The translations under genes and the position numbers were made by a program. This document shows, one piece after another, positions 1 to 10,578 of a stretch of 64,000 nucleotides of DNA. Under the pieces are notes generated by a model. That model was not told where the DNA came from. It worked only from the letters and a program-made list of their open reading frames with translations, and ran no database searches. Location: positions 128,001 to 192,000 of the forward strand of contig JAEOUA010000003.1 in NCBI GenBank assembly GCA_016839555.1, in the 5' to 3' direction. Within the stretch, counting starts at the first letter, position 1, and each line of letters begins with the position of its first letter. The stretch comes from Promethearchaeota archaeon (GTDB lineage: Archaea > Asgardarchaeota > Lokiarchaeia > Sigyniarchaeales > SOKP01).

Positions 1-114
1 TTAGATAAATTAAATTTATTTGACTACTTAAGAGTTTCTTCAAAAACCGGAGAAAATGTAGAAAAAGCATTCGATTTAATTACAAAACGGTGCTTAGAAC
101 GTCAACTCCTATAA
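1..114 (+). CDS. Small GTPase, C-terminal fragment (partial at window edge)
   Basis: Manual translation of frame 1 gives LDKLNLFDYLRVSSKTGENVEKAFDLITKRCLERQLL*. The G5 motif SSKTGENV matches the other GTPases in the window. Confidence 0.85.
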   Translation, partial: LDKLNLFDYLRVSSKTGENVEKAFDLITKRCLERQLL

Positions 115-148
115 AATAGATAATTTTTTAGGGAATTTCCATAATCAA

Positions 149-598
149 TTGAAAATTATTAATAATCTCATTATTCTTGATAGTAATTTTTTATTAGTCC
201 CAATTCAATTTAAAATTGATTATATAGAAGAAATTTCACTAATGTTGGAAGGGAGATGTAAATTTATCATCTTTCAACAGGTAATAGATGAATTGCAAGC
301 CAAAAAATCTCGTTATAGGAAATCTAATAAAAGTGCTAAATTTGAAACGCAATTAAACGCAGGATTATTATATTTAGAAAGAAAAAAAAGGGAGTATAAT
401 ATTCAGATTATTGATATCAGAAAAAAAAATAATGAATCTACCGATGATTTTTTACTTAAAAAAATAAAACAACTCCAACAAGAAAATAGAATTGTATTTT
501 TAGCAACAAATGATTATAAATTAAGAAAAAAAGCAAAAACCGAGTGTTCTGTATTCTTTGTAAGGCAGAAAAAATTCATTTCCCTTCTCAAAAAATGA
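149..598 (+). CDS. PIN-domain protein, Fcf1/Utp23-like
   Basis: PIN acidic motifs IILDSNFL, VIDEL, TDD and LATND..LR. Confidence 0.85.
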   Translation: MKIINNLIILDSNFLLVPIQFKIDYIEEISLMLEGRCKFIIFQQVIDELQAKKSRYRKSNKSAKFETQLNAGLLYLERKKREYNIQIIDIRKKNNESTDDFLLKKIKQLQQENRIVFLATNDYKLRKKAKTECSVFFVRQKKFISLLKK

Positions 599-955
599 CA
601 AAATAAAATGAAAAAGATTTTTGGCTAACTATGAAATTTTGAGAATCTGTCATATATACCGTAAAAATATAAGATGATTTTAACAAATAGAGTTTAATTC
701 AAAAAGAGAACCTTTTAGAATAAATTATTAATAGAAATAAAATAAATAATATTTTTTAATCGAGTTTTTAACCTATATGTGAATTACTTTTAACTTATAA
801 ATAGCATGTGATTTAATTGCGCAAAAATTTTTTTTATTGCATAATTATATAAAGAATAGCACTGTATTATCATATATAATAGGATTTTAGAGCGTACAAA
901 ATTTTTGTGTTTATTATAAATTGAAATAATCTTCTAAACATAAGCAGAGAATCAG

Positions 956-1498
956 ATGATAGAATATAAAAAATATGAAAGACCGCTCGTTCTGAAAGTT
1001 TTAACGGCAGGTGAGGGCGGTGTCGGAAAAACAACGTTGCTCCATCGATATATTGAGGGGGAATTCAATGCAAATACAAAAATGACTATAGGAGTTCAAT
1101 TTTTTTTAAAAGAATTAGAAATTAACTCAAAACGGATTATTTTGCAGATATGGGACTTTGGTGGGCAAGAACGATTCAGAACACTTCTCAAATCCTATGC
1201 AAATGGTGCAAAGGGGGCAATACTTATGTTTGACTTAACAAGACCATTGACTCTTGATAGAATTGATGATTGGGTTGATATTTGTAGATCAGATGATCCA
1301 GAATTACCCATTATTTTTTTAGGAACGAAATATGATCTTAAATCTGAAATATCTATAGAAGATGATTATATCGAGGAATTTTTAAAAAAACACAATTTAA
1401 TTAGATTTTTGAAAACTTCTTCAAAATCAGGGAGAAATGTCAAGAGGTCATTTGAAATATTATCAGAAAGTATCTTGGAACATCTTGACATTATTTAA
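956..1498 (+). CDS. Rab-like small GTPase
   Basis: G1 GEGGVGKT, G2 TIGV, G3 WDFGGQERF, G4 TKYD, G5 SSK. Confidence 0.95.
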   Translation: MIEYKKYERPLVLKVLTAGEGGVGKTTLLHRYIEGEFNANTKMTIGVQFFLKELEINSKRIILQIWDFGGQERFRTLLKSYANGAKGAILMFDLTRPLTLDRIDDWVDICRSDDPELPIIFLGTKYDLKSEISIEDDYIEEFLKKHNLIRFLKTSSKSGRNVKRSFEILSESILEHLDII

Positions 1499-1597
1499 TC
1501 TAAACATTAAATTATTTTATATAATTAGATAAAAAATATTAAATAAATAGTATATATTCTTTTTAATTACCTTATATAAAAAGAGAGGGAAATTTTT

Positions 1598-1936
1598 ATG
1601 AAACAAGTAAATGAAAATGATTTTGACTATAGAAAGGGAAGCACGGGAGTAAAATACCTCATGCGGGGGCCCAGTATAGATTGGGGAATCATTAGATTAA
1701 TGCCCAATGAGAAAATGGGTGAAATACCACATGGACATGAATTTATCGATGAAACTTTTTATTTTATGGAAGGCGATGGGATCATGATAATAGATGATAA
1801 AGAATATGATGCTCCTGAAGGAAGCGTTTTCTTATGTGAACCAAAAGAGATGCATAATATTAGAAATGATTCTTCAGATCCAATAAAAATTGTCTTTATC
1901 AAAGGAGAATTCCGACCTAATGATAAAATTGAGTAA
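1598..1936 (+). CDS. Cupin-domain protein
   Basis: Cupin metal motifs PHGH...ETFYF.EG and P.EMH.I.N. Confidence 0.9.
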   Translation: MKQVNENDFDYRKGSTGVKYLMRGPSIDWGIIRLMPNEKMGEIPHGHEFIDETFYFMEGDGIMIIDDKEYDAPEGSVFLCEPKEMHNIRNDSSDPIKIVFIKGEFRPNDKIE

Positions 1937-1975
1937 TCTTTTTTAGAACTTATACATTTTTTTAAATTGAATCAT

Positions 1976-2326
1976 ATGAGTAAAGATAATTCTGAATCGG
2001 AAGCAATTGGTAGAATCAAAAAGCCTGATAGAAAGAAAGGGGAAATTTTTGCACGAGTTATTGATATCTATGGTAACGATAGAATGAGGGTTTTCTGTGA
2101 AGATGGTGTTCACAGAATTGGTCGAATTAGAGGAAAAATAAAAAAAAGGGTTTGGATACGGAAAGGGGATCTCGTCGTTGTTAATCCGTGGGATTGGGAG
2201 ACAGAGATAAAAGATAAACTTGGGAAGGCAGAAATTTCATGGCGATATAAAAAAAATGAAGTAGCGTGGTTAAAAAAACACGGAATATTACCTGAAAGGC
2301 TTGATTTAAATAACATTCCTGTTTAA
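1976..2326 (+). CDS. eif1a: Translation initiation factor aIF-1A
   Basis: V.CEDG..R.GRIRGK.KKRVWIR.GDLV.V.PWD; ATG at 1976 preferred over TTG at 1967. Confidence 0.95.
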   Translation: MSKDNSESEAIGRIKKPDRKKGEIFARVIDIYGNDRMRVFCEDGVHRIGRIRGKIKKRVWIRKGDLVVVNPWDWETEIKDKLGKAEISWRYKKNEVAWLKKHGILPERLDLNNIPV

Positions 2327-2730
2327 ATTTTAGTTGTTGGATAATAATTATATTACATAGTTTGCAAAATTTTTTAATCTAGGAAATCCTTACTTCAACT
2401 CAGTTAATAGAGTTTTCTGCTTTCTTGTAGTCTTTAATTTCGATGATGAATTTTTTATTGGAATTTTTCATTTTTTATCAATTATTTTTTAATTAGGGTT
2501 GAAATAATGGGATTTGGGGTTTTAAATGAGTTGAGATTGGCGGTTTAGTGAATTACTGCTAAAAATTAAGGGGAAAGAATAAAATGAGCATACTCATAAA
2601 AATTGAGCAAGATTAAGATATGCTCTTATATATTTTTTATCCAATTTTAATAAGTTTTGCTGATTTAAATCTAAAGTTAAAAATTTATTAAAAGAAAACA
2701 ACTTTATATTCTTAATTTTATATATCTTTA

Positions 2731-4134
2731 TTGATAGATTCCTTTAAAATCAATGAGTTAATTACCCTAAAGCTAGGTGAAAACGGTCGCACGATGATTT
2801 ATGTTGCTGGGAAGCCGTTCAAACAATGCACTTATTTATTATTAACCATTCCCAAAAATAGGGCAGAAGAGTTTGCAGATATCAAGTCAATTGACGATAC
2901 GGCGGAACGGTTAGATAAATCTATGCATGATGCAATAGAAAGCAAGAAAATTAACATACCTCCACGGGTGGAATTCTGGGGACACTGCTCCAATCTCCAA
3001 GCATGGACGGAAAATGGCTACGACCTGAATCTAATTCATTCTAACTTAGGGTTTCCGTTACTGAAAAAACTTAGCGAGTTGGGAGATCCCCAAGCCACGG
3101 CAGTTTTTAAGGAAGAGGTTGTCCGACGCTTTCGGGAGGGAGACTTCAAAACCAAGCAGTATCTTCTTCTTGAATTCTATTTCAGAAATTTCACAAAAGA
3201 GGAATTGGACATCGTATTTGAAAATCTGGACATTAAAAAGATTTCTACTGAATTAAATCCTAGAGAAAAATTTACCTTATTGGAGGAATTAACTGGTTTA
3301 GGAAATGCAGACGCCCGAAAGATTTTAAAGGAAAAGGTGCTCAAGCGTTTTAAAAAAGAGAGTGAATGGATAGACCGACATTTCATTGTACGAAGGGGTT
3401 ATTTGGATATTTTGAGCCGAGCGGAGATTGACAAACTCTTTTCCGGAGTCCCCAAAGAAGATTACAGATTAGCTTCCGTGAGTCCAAGTGTTTCGAAAAC
3501 ATTTCCGTACTATCTTCTAAAACTAAGTTATTTGGGCGAACTCCATTATAATTATTGCGATTTAGAAGAGCTTTCGGAATCGATCGGGAAGCTTACTTCT
3601 CTACATACCTTAGAATTAAATGGTAATAACCTCAAACGCCTCCCAGAATCTATCGCCAACTTAAATCGTTTAGAGTTATTAGAATTAGGCCATAATAAAT
3701 TTGAGGAATTTCCACAGCAAATCATCAATTTAGAAAGGTTAAAAAGATTGTATATGGAACATAATAAACTTAATAAGTTGCCGGAATCTATTGGACAGAT
3801 GAAAAGGCTTCGGATACTGTTTCTAACCGATAATAATCTCAGAGAATTGCCGAAGTCTATAGGGGAGTTAAAATTTTTAAGGGAGTTATGGCTAGAGAGA
3901 AATAGGCTTACCAGTTTGCCAGAATCTATTGGAATGTTAAAAAGCCTAAAAGTATTGTACTTAGACCAAAATAATCTCAAAGAATTGCCAGAAACCATCG
4001 GTAATTTGGAAAATTTAGAGTCGCTAGGATTAAGTTCGAATAATTTGAAAGGAGTGCCAGATACAATTAAAAACTTAAAAAAATTAAATTTCACGTTCTA
4101 CCCACAATCTCAGAGAAAAACAGTAAATAAATAA
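2731..4134 (+). CDS. LRR protein with conserved N-terminal FWGHCSN domain
   Basis: About eight 23-aa LPESIG.L..L..L.L..N.L repeats at the C-terminus; N-terminal domain shared with ORF 55927..57549. Confidence 0.9.
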   Translation: MIDSFKINELITLKLGENGRTMIYVAGKPFKQCTYLLLTIPKNRAEEFADIKSIDDTAERLDKSMHDAIESKKINIPPRVEFWGHCSNLQAWTENGYDLNLIHSNLGFPLLKKLSELGDPQATAVFKEEVVRRFREGDFKTKQYLLLEFYFRNFTKEELDIVFENLDIKKISTELNPREKFTLLEELTGLGNADARKILKEKVLKRFKKESEWIDRHFIVRRGYLDILSRAEIDKLFSGVPKEDYRLASVSPSVSKTFPYYLLKLSYLGELHYNYCDLEELSESIGKLTSLHTLELNGNNLKRLPESIANLNRLELLELGHNKFEEFPQQIINLERLKRLYMEHNKLNKLPESIGQMKRLRILFLTDNNLRELPKSIGELKFLRELWLERNRLTSLPESIGMLKSLKVLYLDQNNLKELPETIGNLENLESLGLSSNNLKGVPDTIKNLKKLNFTFYPQSQRKTVNK

Positions 4135-4152
4135 AAAGTCTTCGAGTAGCTT

Positions 4153-4755
4153 TTAACCTAATGCTTCTTTTAATTTTTTCCAATTAAACCACTCGTCAAA
4201 GCTTAATTGCCTGGTTAATGGCGTTATCCCCCATCGAATTTGCTTAATAAAATCATGATACTGTTCATAAAGCTTTTTAAACCCTTCCAAATCTTTACTA
4301 TACTTACTTGCTTTCTCCATCTTAAGAAATAATGATTCTATCCAGTTTTTGCCGTTAGGATCTTTTTGAAGCATGCTCTGAATTTCAAAGTCTTCGGCAA
4401 ACTCTTGCAGCGTCACAATATGCACATAATCCTCGTATTTCTTACAGTCTTTATATCCTTTATTCTTCATGACTTTTTGAGCTTCAAGTTTAGCGGCTTC
4501 TCTTAGATCGAAAAGTTTCCTTTTGAATTCCATCGTTTCGGTGTCTTGTCCATATATAACAATCACCACATGCCTATTTTCACCCAAATATTTAGATATT
4601 TTTCCTAAGATAAGATCTTCTCTGGTAGAACTGATATAATCGACTACGATATATTCAATATCATCGCCCCCATATTGACCATGCAAGATTGGATATATTA
4701 TAGGACGACTGCTTGTCCTGAAATGTGCCTTAAAATTATTATCAACCACAAACAC
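4153..4755 (-). CDS. Hypothetical protein, possibly 5'-truncated, with C-terminal PIP-like motif
   Basis: 200-aa ORF with a weak GTG start; QLSFDEWF near the C-terminus. Confidence 0.5.
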   Translation of the reverse strand: MFVVDNNFKAHFRTSSRPIIYPILHGQYGGDDIEYIVVDYISSTREDLILGKISKYLGENRHVVIVIYGQDTETMEFKRKLFDLREAAKLEAQKVMKNKGYKDCKKYEDYVHIVTLQEFAEDFEIQSMLQKDPNGKNWIESLFLKMEKASKYSKDLEGFKKLYEQYHDFIKQIRWGITPLTRQLSFDEWFNWKKLKEALG

Positions 4756-5111
4756 GGTATGTGTTTGTGGTCATAAATTTTTTGAAAATCCATCTTTTTA
4801 TAGCTATTTTTTTCTGATTTGTTGGCTCTAATTATTACAAATTTAAAAAAGGTTGATATGTTTATAAACTGGTTAATTTTTAGTTAATAAATAATAATTT
4901 ACTTGTCTATTTATATTCTAATTTTCCTTTTAAAATATCATTCACTTTACATAGGATATACTATTTTCTTAAATATAGAATATATTTTTCTTAAAAAGTA
5001 AAATCTGCTTTAAAATATTATGATTAAAATATTGGGTTATTGGTAATTTTTACTTGAATGGGATCCCCTTCCTTGAGTTCATAGGACGCTTGTATTTCTT
5101 CAGCACATGTA

Positions 5112-6095
5112 TCACATATTTAATTTTTCTCTTAATTCATTGATAAAGTTGTCTAAGTTTGATTTATCATAAACGGACACCCAACCGTGTTCTTTATCAT
5201 TAATATAAATAAGGATTCGTATTATTTTATCAGAAGTGTCTAGATATATATGAACTTTTACTCGTTCTAGTATGATTTCGTAATTCGGAGGCTCAGCCCC
5301 AGAAGCCAAGTGGCCGTTGAACCCCCATCGTTTAGGAGCATCGTAATGGAATCCTAAATATTCATTCAAATCATCTTTATATCTGTCTAAGAGGTTCAAT
5401 AACTTATCAATCTCTTCCTTATACTTCACTGTTTTACTTTCTTCGAGTTCAAATTTGAGATAACACAGATTCTTTATTGCTTCATAACATCGCAAGAATG
5501 AGCTTCTTAAGCTCGTGATTTGTAAATAATTTTGGGGATAATTTTTTATTAAGCTTGGTATTTTTCTTTTTATAAAATCTAAATCATTTTTCTTAACGGC
5601 CTCTTCAAGTTCCTTAATTTTTCTTTCATAATTTTCTTCTTTTTTTTTAAGAATAGACGCGCTTTTGATTTGGTTTTTTTTTCCTATTATTTTAGTTTCA
5701 ATCAAAATTTCTTCGACAATATCCACATATTTTTTAGCTATTTCTTTTCTAATACCTAATCTTAATGATTCTTCCCCATGTTGGTAAATATTACGATCAT
5801 TATGTAATTGAGAGATAGTAAGATTATAATCAGGTAAATTTGGAAACTTATTTTTTAATACATCTTTATAGAGTTTGGGAAAATTATATGTTCTTAAATT
5901 CCCCTCCCTATTCCTCCTTTTATATTGGAGATTATACTTTTTTGCGATTATTAATGCAATTTTTGTGATTATATTATCAGATAAATAATGACTCAGTTCA
6001 TAAATATAATTATTTTCATGTTCCGAAAATTCTTTTGCAATAGCAAACATCTCTTTAATTACTTCAAGTTCTTCATTCATGCTCTTAAAATACAC
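5112..6095 (-). CDS. Putative HEPN-like (Rx4H) domain protein
   Basis: Helical N-terminal region containing LHNDRNIYQHG; alternative start ATG at 6080. Confidence 0.55.
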   Translation of the reverse strand: MYFKSMNEELEVIKEMFAIAKEFSEHENNYIYELSHYLSDNIITKIALIIAKKYNLQYKRRNREGNLRTYNFPKLYKDVLKNKFPNLPDYNLTISQLHNDRNIYQHGEESLRLGIRKEIAKKYVDIVEEILIETKIIGKKNQIKSASILKKKEENYERKIKELEEAVKKNDLDFIKRKIPSLIKNYPQNYLQITSLRSSFLRCYEAIKNLCYLKFELEESKTVKYKEEIDKLLNLLDRYKDDLNEYLGFHYDAPKRWGFNGHLASGAEPPNYEIILERVKVHIYLDTSDKIIRILIYINDKEHGWVSVYDKSNLDNFINELREKLNM

Positions 6096-6537
6096 CTCAA
6101 AATAAAAAATATAAATTATTTGTAGTAGATTTGAGAATTATAATGTGATATTTATCTTTTAAATATATTCCTTGTTATATATTAAATATTTTTTTTATTT
6201 AAAGTTTGAGTTAAAAAGGAGGAAGAAATCTTCTCTAATTAATAAATTTGTATTATATCTATCTTTCTTGCATTAATAAAATATCAGTTTTCCCTAAAAA
6301 AACTATGTGGATCAATATCACCTCCTGAAATGATTTTTTATTGTTTCAATATAAAAAGTTATTAATAGAATCGTGAGAATAATATAGAATCTTTACATTT
6401 TCTTCTTTTTTTTTAGATTTTATAGTAAACTTCTTAAGAATACTTTTATATGTTGAGTTCCTTTATGTACTTAAAGAGATTATCCGATGATGTAAATAAG
6501 AGAGATTAATATAAAAATTAATAGGCATTGATTTAAA

Positions 6538-9500
6538 ATGGAATTAAATTTTAGAAAAGTCTTATGTATAAATCTTATAGGGAAAGAGGGTTGTAAATAT
6601 AAAGTTATTGATAAAATCGATAGAGGGGGAGGGGGAAATGTTTTTGTATGTGTTGATGATGATGAAAACCAATTTGCTGTAAAAATTTTTTCTCGTTTAG
6701 GTAGAGATGATACTGAAAGATCAAGAAAGCGTTTCATAAATACCTATTCTTTTCTTTATCAATTAAAACATGAAAATGTCATCCCAGTTATTGATTATGA
6801 GAAATGTAAATATGATGGGAATTCTCTTCCTTTCTACATCATGCTTATAGCAAGAGAAAATCTTAAGGATTATTTTAAGAGAAATGAAATAAAAGAAAAA
6901 ACTTACGAAGTTGAACGCATTTTAAATCAAATTCTTGATGGGCTTATTTATTTACATAATGAAGGCTATGTGCATAGAGATATTAAGCCTAAAAACATAT
7001 TAGTCTTTCCTGATAATAAAATTAAAATTGCTGATTTGGATATAGGACATATTCCAGATAAGTATAAAAAAGAATCAATTGAGACACTTCCAGAGGATTA
7101 TTCTCAAAAGGGTTTCTATAAAACGATAGAAGAAAGAGCTTCGGATGATCCTAGAGCAGACATTTTTGCTTTAGGAAAGGTTATAATGCATTTATTAACG
7201 GGTGGAAAACAAGAAGCTGGGATAATAATTAGTCAAGTAAATCACTCCTTTAGTCGGAGATTTGATAATATTATAGCAAAGATGACCAAGGATAATATTG
7301 ACGAACGTTATCCCTCCCTAATTGAAGTTAAAAAAGCGCTATTGCTATATTTTAATACGGCAGAAACAAAATTACGAAATTCTCTTGATGATGAAATTTA
7401 TCGTAAGTTTTTCGACCTAGATCAAAATTTAGCTGAGGAATTTGATTCTGCTGTTAGTCTATTAAAGCAAGAGAATCTTTCTAGGAGATTTTCTCAATCA
7501 GCTAACTCTTTTCAATATATATGCAAAATTTTACAAAAACATCTTGATAGATGGTATTCTGAAGCATTATTTATCCCTAAGCGATCCCGAGAATTAAAGG
7601 AACAATTATTAAATGAATTGAATAATATATGTCAATTTTTTACAATAATAGCGGATCATGAGAAGGATACAAATAAACCAGAATTTGAAGGTAAGATTGA
7701 AGAATTTGAGAAAATAGTAAAAAAGTTATTAAAATCCAATATAAATGTTATTAATGCCTTAGATAATCTCTTGGAGAAAAAGAACCCCGTTTTAGATGAT
7801 GTGGACGAATTAATTAGTTTATTAAGCAATCCATCTCATTCACAATATTTTTTCACAAGGCTAAAATCTCCGAAATGGTTGGATTTATTAATTGAAAAGG
7901 AATTTTTTAGTAATCCGCCTGAGCATGAAATTGAGCAGCCATTAATGATACATATTTGGCCTCAAATTAATTACTTAATAAATATATCCTCTATCCGGCC
8001 GCAAAAAGTTCTTTCAATATTGAATGATATAAGTCCTATTGTGCATTTTTCAATAAATAGATCAATTCTTTTATGCATTAACAACATGCCGGTTGAAATC
8101 TCTAAACAAGCACTCCCCTTGATTAAAAAATTAAGTTCTAATTTTTCAATAGCAGAATCTATTTATCTTAAAAAATTAGTGAAAGCATTTATTTTTGAAA
8201 AAGAGATTGAATCTGTTTATAGCATCTTAGAGATTATCTTGATAAAAGAAGGAAAAAGGCAAAAAAAAGAATTCTTATTATCAGACGATGTTTATTATTT
8301 AATATTAGATTATCAAGATATTTTCGATCAATTGATTATTATTGATAAGAATACAAAAGAGCTCCGAGTCTTGAGGCTTTTATGTAAAATTTTATCATTT
8401 AATTTATATCTAAATTCAAATAATGATTCTGATAAAGTTAAAGATTATTCTGAAATATGGAGAACCAGTATTAAATCTGAAAGTGATATTTATGAGACAA
8501 AAGATACAAAAAATCTATTAGTTAATAAGATTCGAGATTATTTTTCTGAGATTGATTCTACTAACCACCAACTCATTAAGGAAGGATTTAAGATATTGGA
8601 AAAATATGAATTGACCATTTTTAAGAGGATTAGATTATTCATAATAAATGCATTTCCAAATATATTTTCTGAGGAATTACTTAAATATCTATGTAATGAA
8701 AATTTCTTTTTTGATGATAAGCTATGGAGCGAATATTATACTTTACTAAAGAATCATTTCCCAAAACTTTCTGAAAATCAAAAACAATTGATTTTTGAGT
8801 GGATTAAAAAAGGACCTAAAATTCAATTTATAGAAAAAGACTTTGATACAACACAAAAATATGAAAAATTTAAATCAGAAGTTATTTCCGCGTGGTTAAG
8901 AAGAAGAATGGAACCTATTCATCGTTATTTAAAACCAGAATTAAGAGAAAAATATGAGAATCTAATTAAGAAATTTGGAAAAATTGAAGAGCCACAATTT
9001 TATAACAAAATGGAGCATCCTCGATTCTTTTCAGGTTCACCATTGAAAGATTCCGAACTTAAGAGTTTAAAAATATCCGAGTTAATTTCCTATTTACAGA
9101 AATGGCAACCAAACGAGAAGGATTTCTTGGCTTCTAAAAGTGGTCTCGGTGTAGCTTTATATAGATTAATTTCTGAAAATACTGAAAAATTTGAAATTTT
9201 ATTGGACTATTTAGATGAGATTCCATTTTATTATTTTTCACATATAATCAGAGGATTTTCATCATCATTGAAAAAAAATAAGCCTTTGCAAATAGCCAAA
9301 AAAGTGGATAAAATTATTCAAACATTTAGAAAATATGAAAATGATTATACCTTAAAGCAATATTACGAAGTATCTAAAGCAATATTTAACTTTGTACAAG
9401 AAGCTTTAAACATAGAAAATATAAAATTATCTAATGAGATTATTAACCAAGTGCGGAATTTTATTTTAGATATGTTAACTCTTGACAAGTTTGAGTCTAA

Positions 9501-10578
9501 GAAATATCAAAATCTCTCACAATACGAGGATATTGTTGCATATTCAATTAATACATTTAAAGGTAACCTAATTTTAACCTTTCTCTCTTATGCTGTGTAT
9601 CACGGGAGAAACATGGACATAACTAAAAAAGACAAAATGACTTCTGAAGTGAAAGAAGTGTTCAATAAATTACTCGATCCCGGAATAGGTTCTGCCGAAA
9701 TAATTCGTTCAATATTATGTTCTCATCTGAATATAATATTTTATCTAAATAAAGAATGGTTACTGTCTAATATTAAAGAATTATTTCCTGAAAAAAATAA
9801 AGATTTATGGAGGATTGGATGGGAAAGTTATATTGCATATAGTGACTTAAATCCAATAATTTATGAAGTCCTTAGAAATGATTACAGAAACGCAATAGTA
9901 GAATTTCAAAAGTATTCTTTTTCGAATAAAATGAGCAAAGGACTTGCTGGTCATATCATCCTTCTTTATGTTTATGACCTTGCTGAGTTAAATGATAAAT
10001 CGATCATTCATTTATTTTTCGAAAATGTTGATCTCCAAACTCGTTCAAATGCTATGTGGTTTATTTTACATCTTTGGGATAATAATAAGGGAACAGCACA
10101 AGAAGGTAAGATACTTCATAAAATCTTAAATATATGGGAATATCGCATAAATCAAATACAAAATATTGAATCTTTAGACCTTAAGAAGTTTGAAAGAGAA
10201 CTCAAATGGTATCCCAGGTTATTTAATAAATTACCGAAAGGAGAACTACAAATAATGATTCTCACTAAGGTTATAGAATTGATCGAGGGAAGGATAGAAA
10301 CCTCTATAATCGATATTATGGATGTGTTAAAAAAATATACCGAAAAATATCCTAATTTGGTTTTAAAAAATATTGAATATCTGTTGAAAGGATCTCAAGA
10401 ATCTTATTTTATAGGGAGAGATGAGATAAAGATCATTAAAATTATGGAAATAATAGCAGAAAAAGGTGGCATTAAAGTTTTTAGAAATGAATTAAAGAAG
10501 ATAACTGAATTATTATTGTCAAAAGGACATTATGAAATAAAAAACGCACAATTCTATCCTTCTCTTAATATTTCTTAA
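6538..10578 (+). CDS. Ser/Thr protein kinase fused to a large helical C-terminal region
   Basis: GGGGNVF, FAVK, HRDIKPKN, IADLD (DFG position) and DIFALG in the first ~270 aa; more than 1000 aa unassigned. Confidence 0.85.
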   Translation: MELNFRKVLCINLIGKEGCKYKVIDKIDRGGGGNVFVCVDDDENQFAVKIFSRLGRDDTERSRKRFINTYSFLYQLKHENVIPVIDYEKCKYDGNSLPFYIMLIARENLKDYFKRNEIKEKTYEVERILNQILDGLIYLHNEGYVHRDIKPKNILVFPDNKIKIADLDIGHIPDKYKKESIETLPEDYSQKGFYKTIEERASDDPRADIFALGKVIMHLLTGGKQEAGIIISQVNHSFSRRFDNIIAKMTKDNIDERYPSLIEVKKALLLYFNTAETKLRNSLDDEIYRKFFDLDQNLAEEFDSAVSLLKQENLSRRFSQSANSFQYICKILQKHLDRWYSEALFIPKRSRELKEQLLNELNNICQFFTIIADHEKDTNKPEFEGKIEEFEKIVKKLLKSNINVINALDNLLEKKNPVLDDVDELISLLSNPSHSQYFFTRLKSPKWLDLLIEKEFFSNPPEHEIEQPLMIHIWPQINYLINISSIRPQKVLSILNDISPIVHFSINRSILLCINNMPVEISKQALPLIKKLSSNFSIAESIYLKKLVKAFIFEKEIESVYSILEIILIKEGKRQKKEFLLSDDVYYLILDYQDIFDQLIIIDKNTKELRVLRLLCKILSFNLYLNSNNDSDKVKDYSEIWRTSIKSESDIYETKDTKNLLVNKIRDYFSEIDSTNHQLIKEGFKILEKYELTIFKRIRLFIINAFPNIFSEELLKYLCNENFFFDDKLWSEYYTLLKNHFPKLSENQKQLIFEWIKKGPKIQFIEKDFDTTQKYEKFKSEVISAWLRRRMEPIHRYLKPELREKYENLIKKFGKIEEPQFYNKMEHPRFFSGSPLKDSELKSLKISELISYLQKWQPNEKDFLASKSGLGVALYRLISENTEKFEILLDYLDEIPFYYFSHIIRGFSSSLKKNKPLQIAKKVDKIIQTFRKYENDYTLKQYYEVSKAIFNFVQEALNIENIKLSNEIINQVRNFILDMLTLDKFESKKYQNLSQYEDIVAYSINTFKGNLILTFLSYAVYHGRNMDITKKDKMTSEVKEVFNKLLDPGIGSAEIIRSILCSHLNIIFYLNKEWLLSNIKELFPEKNKDLWRIGWESYIAYSDLNPIIYEVLRNDYRNAIVEFQKYSFSNKMSKGLAGHIILLYVYDLAELNDKSIIHLFFENVDLQTRSNAMWFILHLWDNNKGTAQEGKILHKILNIWEYRINQIQNIESLDLKKFERELKWYPRLFNKLPKGELQIMILTKVIELIEGRIETSIIDIMDVLKKYTEKYPNLVLKNIEYLLKGSQESYFIGRDEIKIIKIMEIIAEKGGIKVFRNELKKITELLLSKGHYEIKNAQFYPSLNIS

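Noticed and set aside
2584-2626. TGAGCA/TGCTC repeats upstream of the LRR gene
   Set aside because: Too short to distinguish from chance.
3552-4094. 180-aa antisense ORF with repeats
   Set aside because: Shadow of the periodic LRR codons on the opposite strand.
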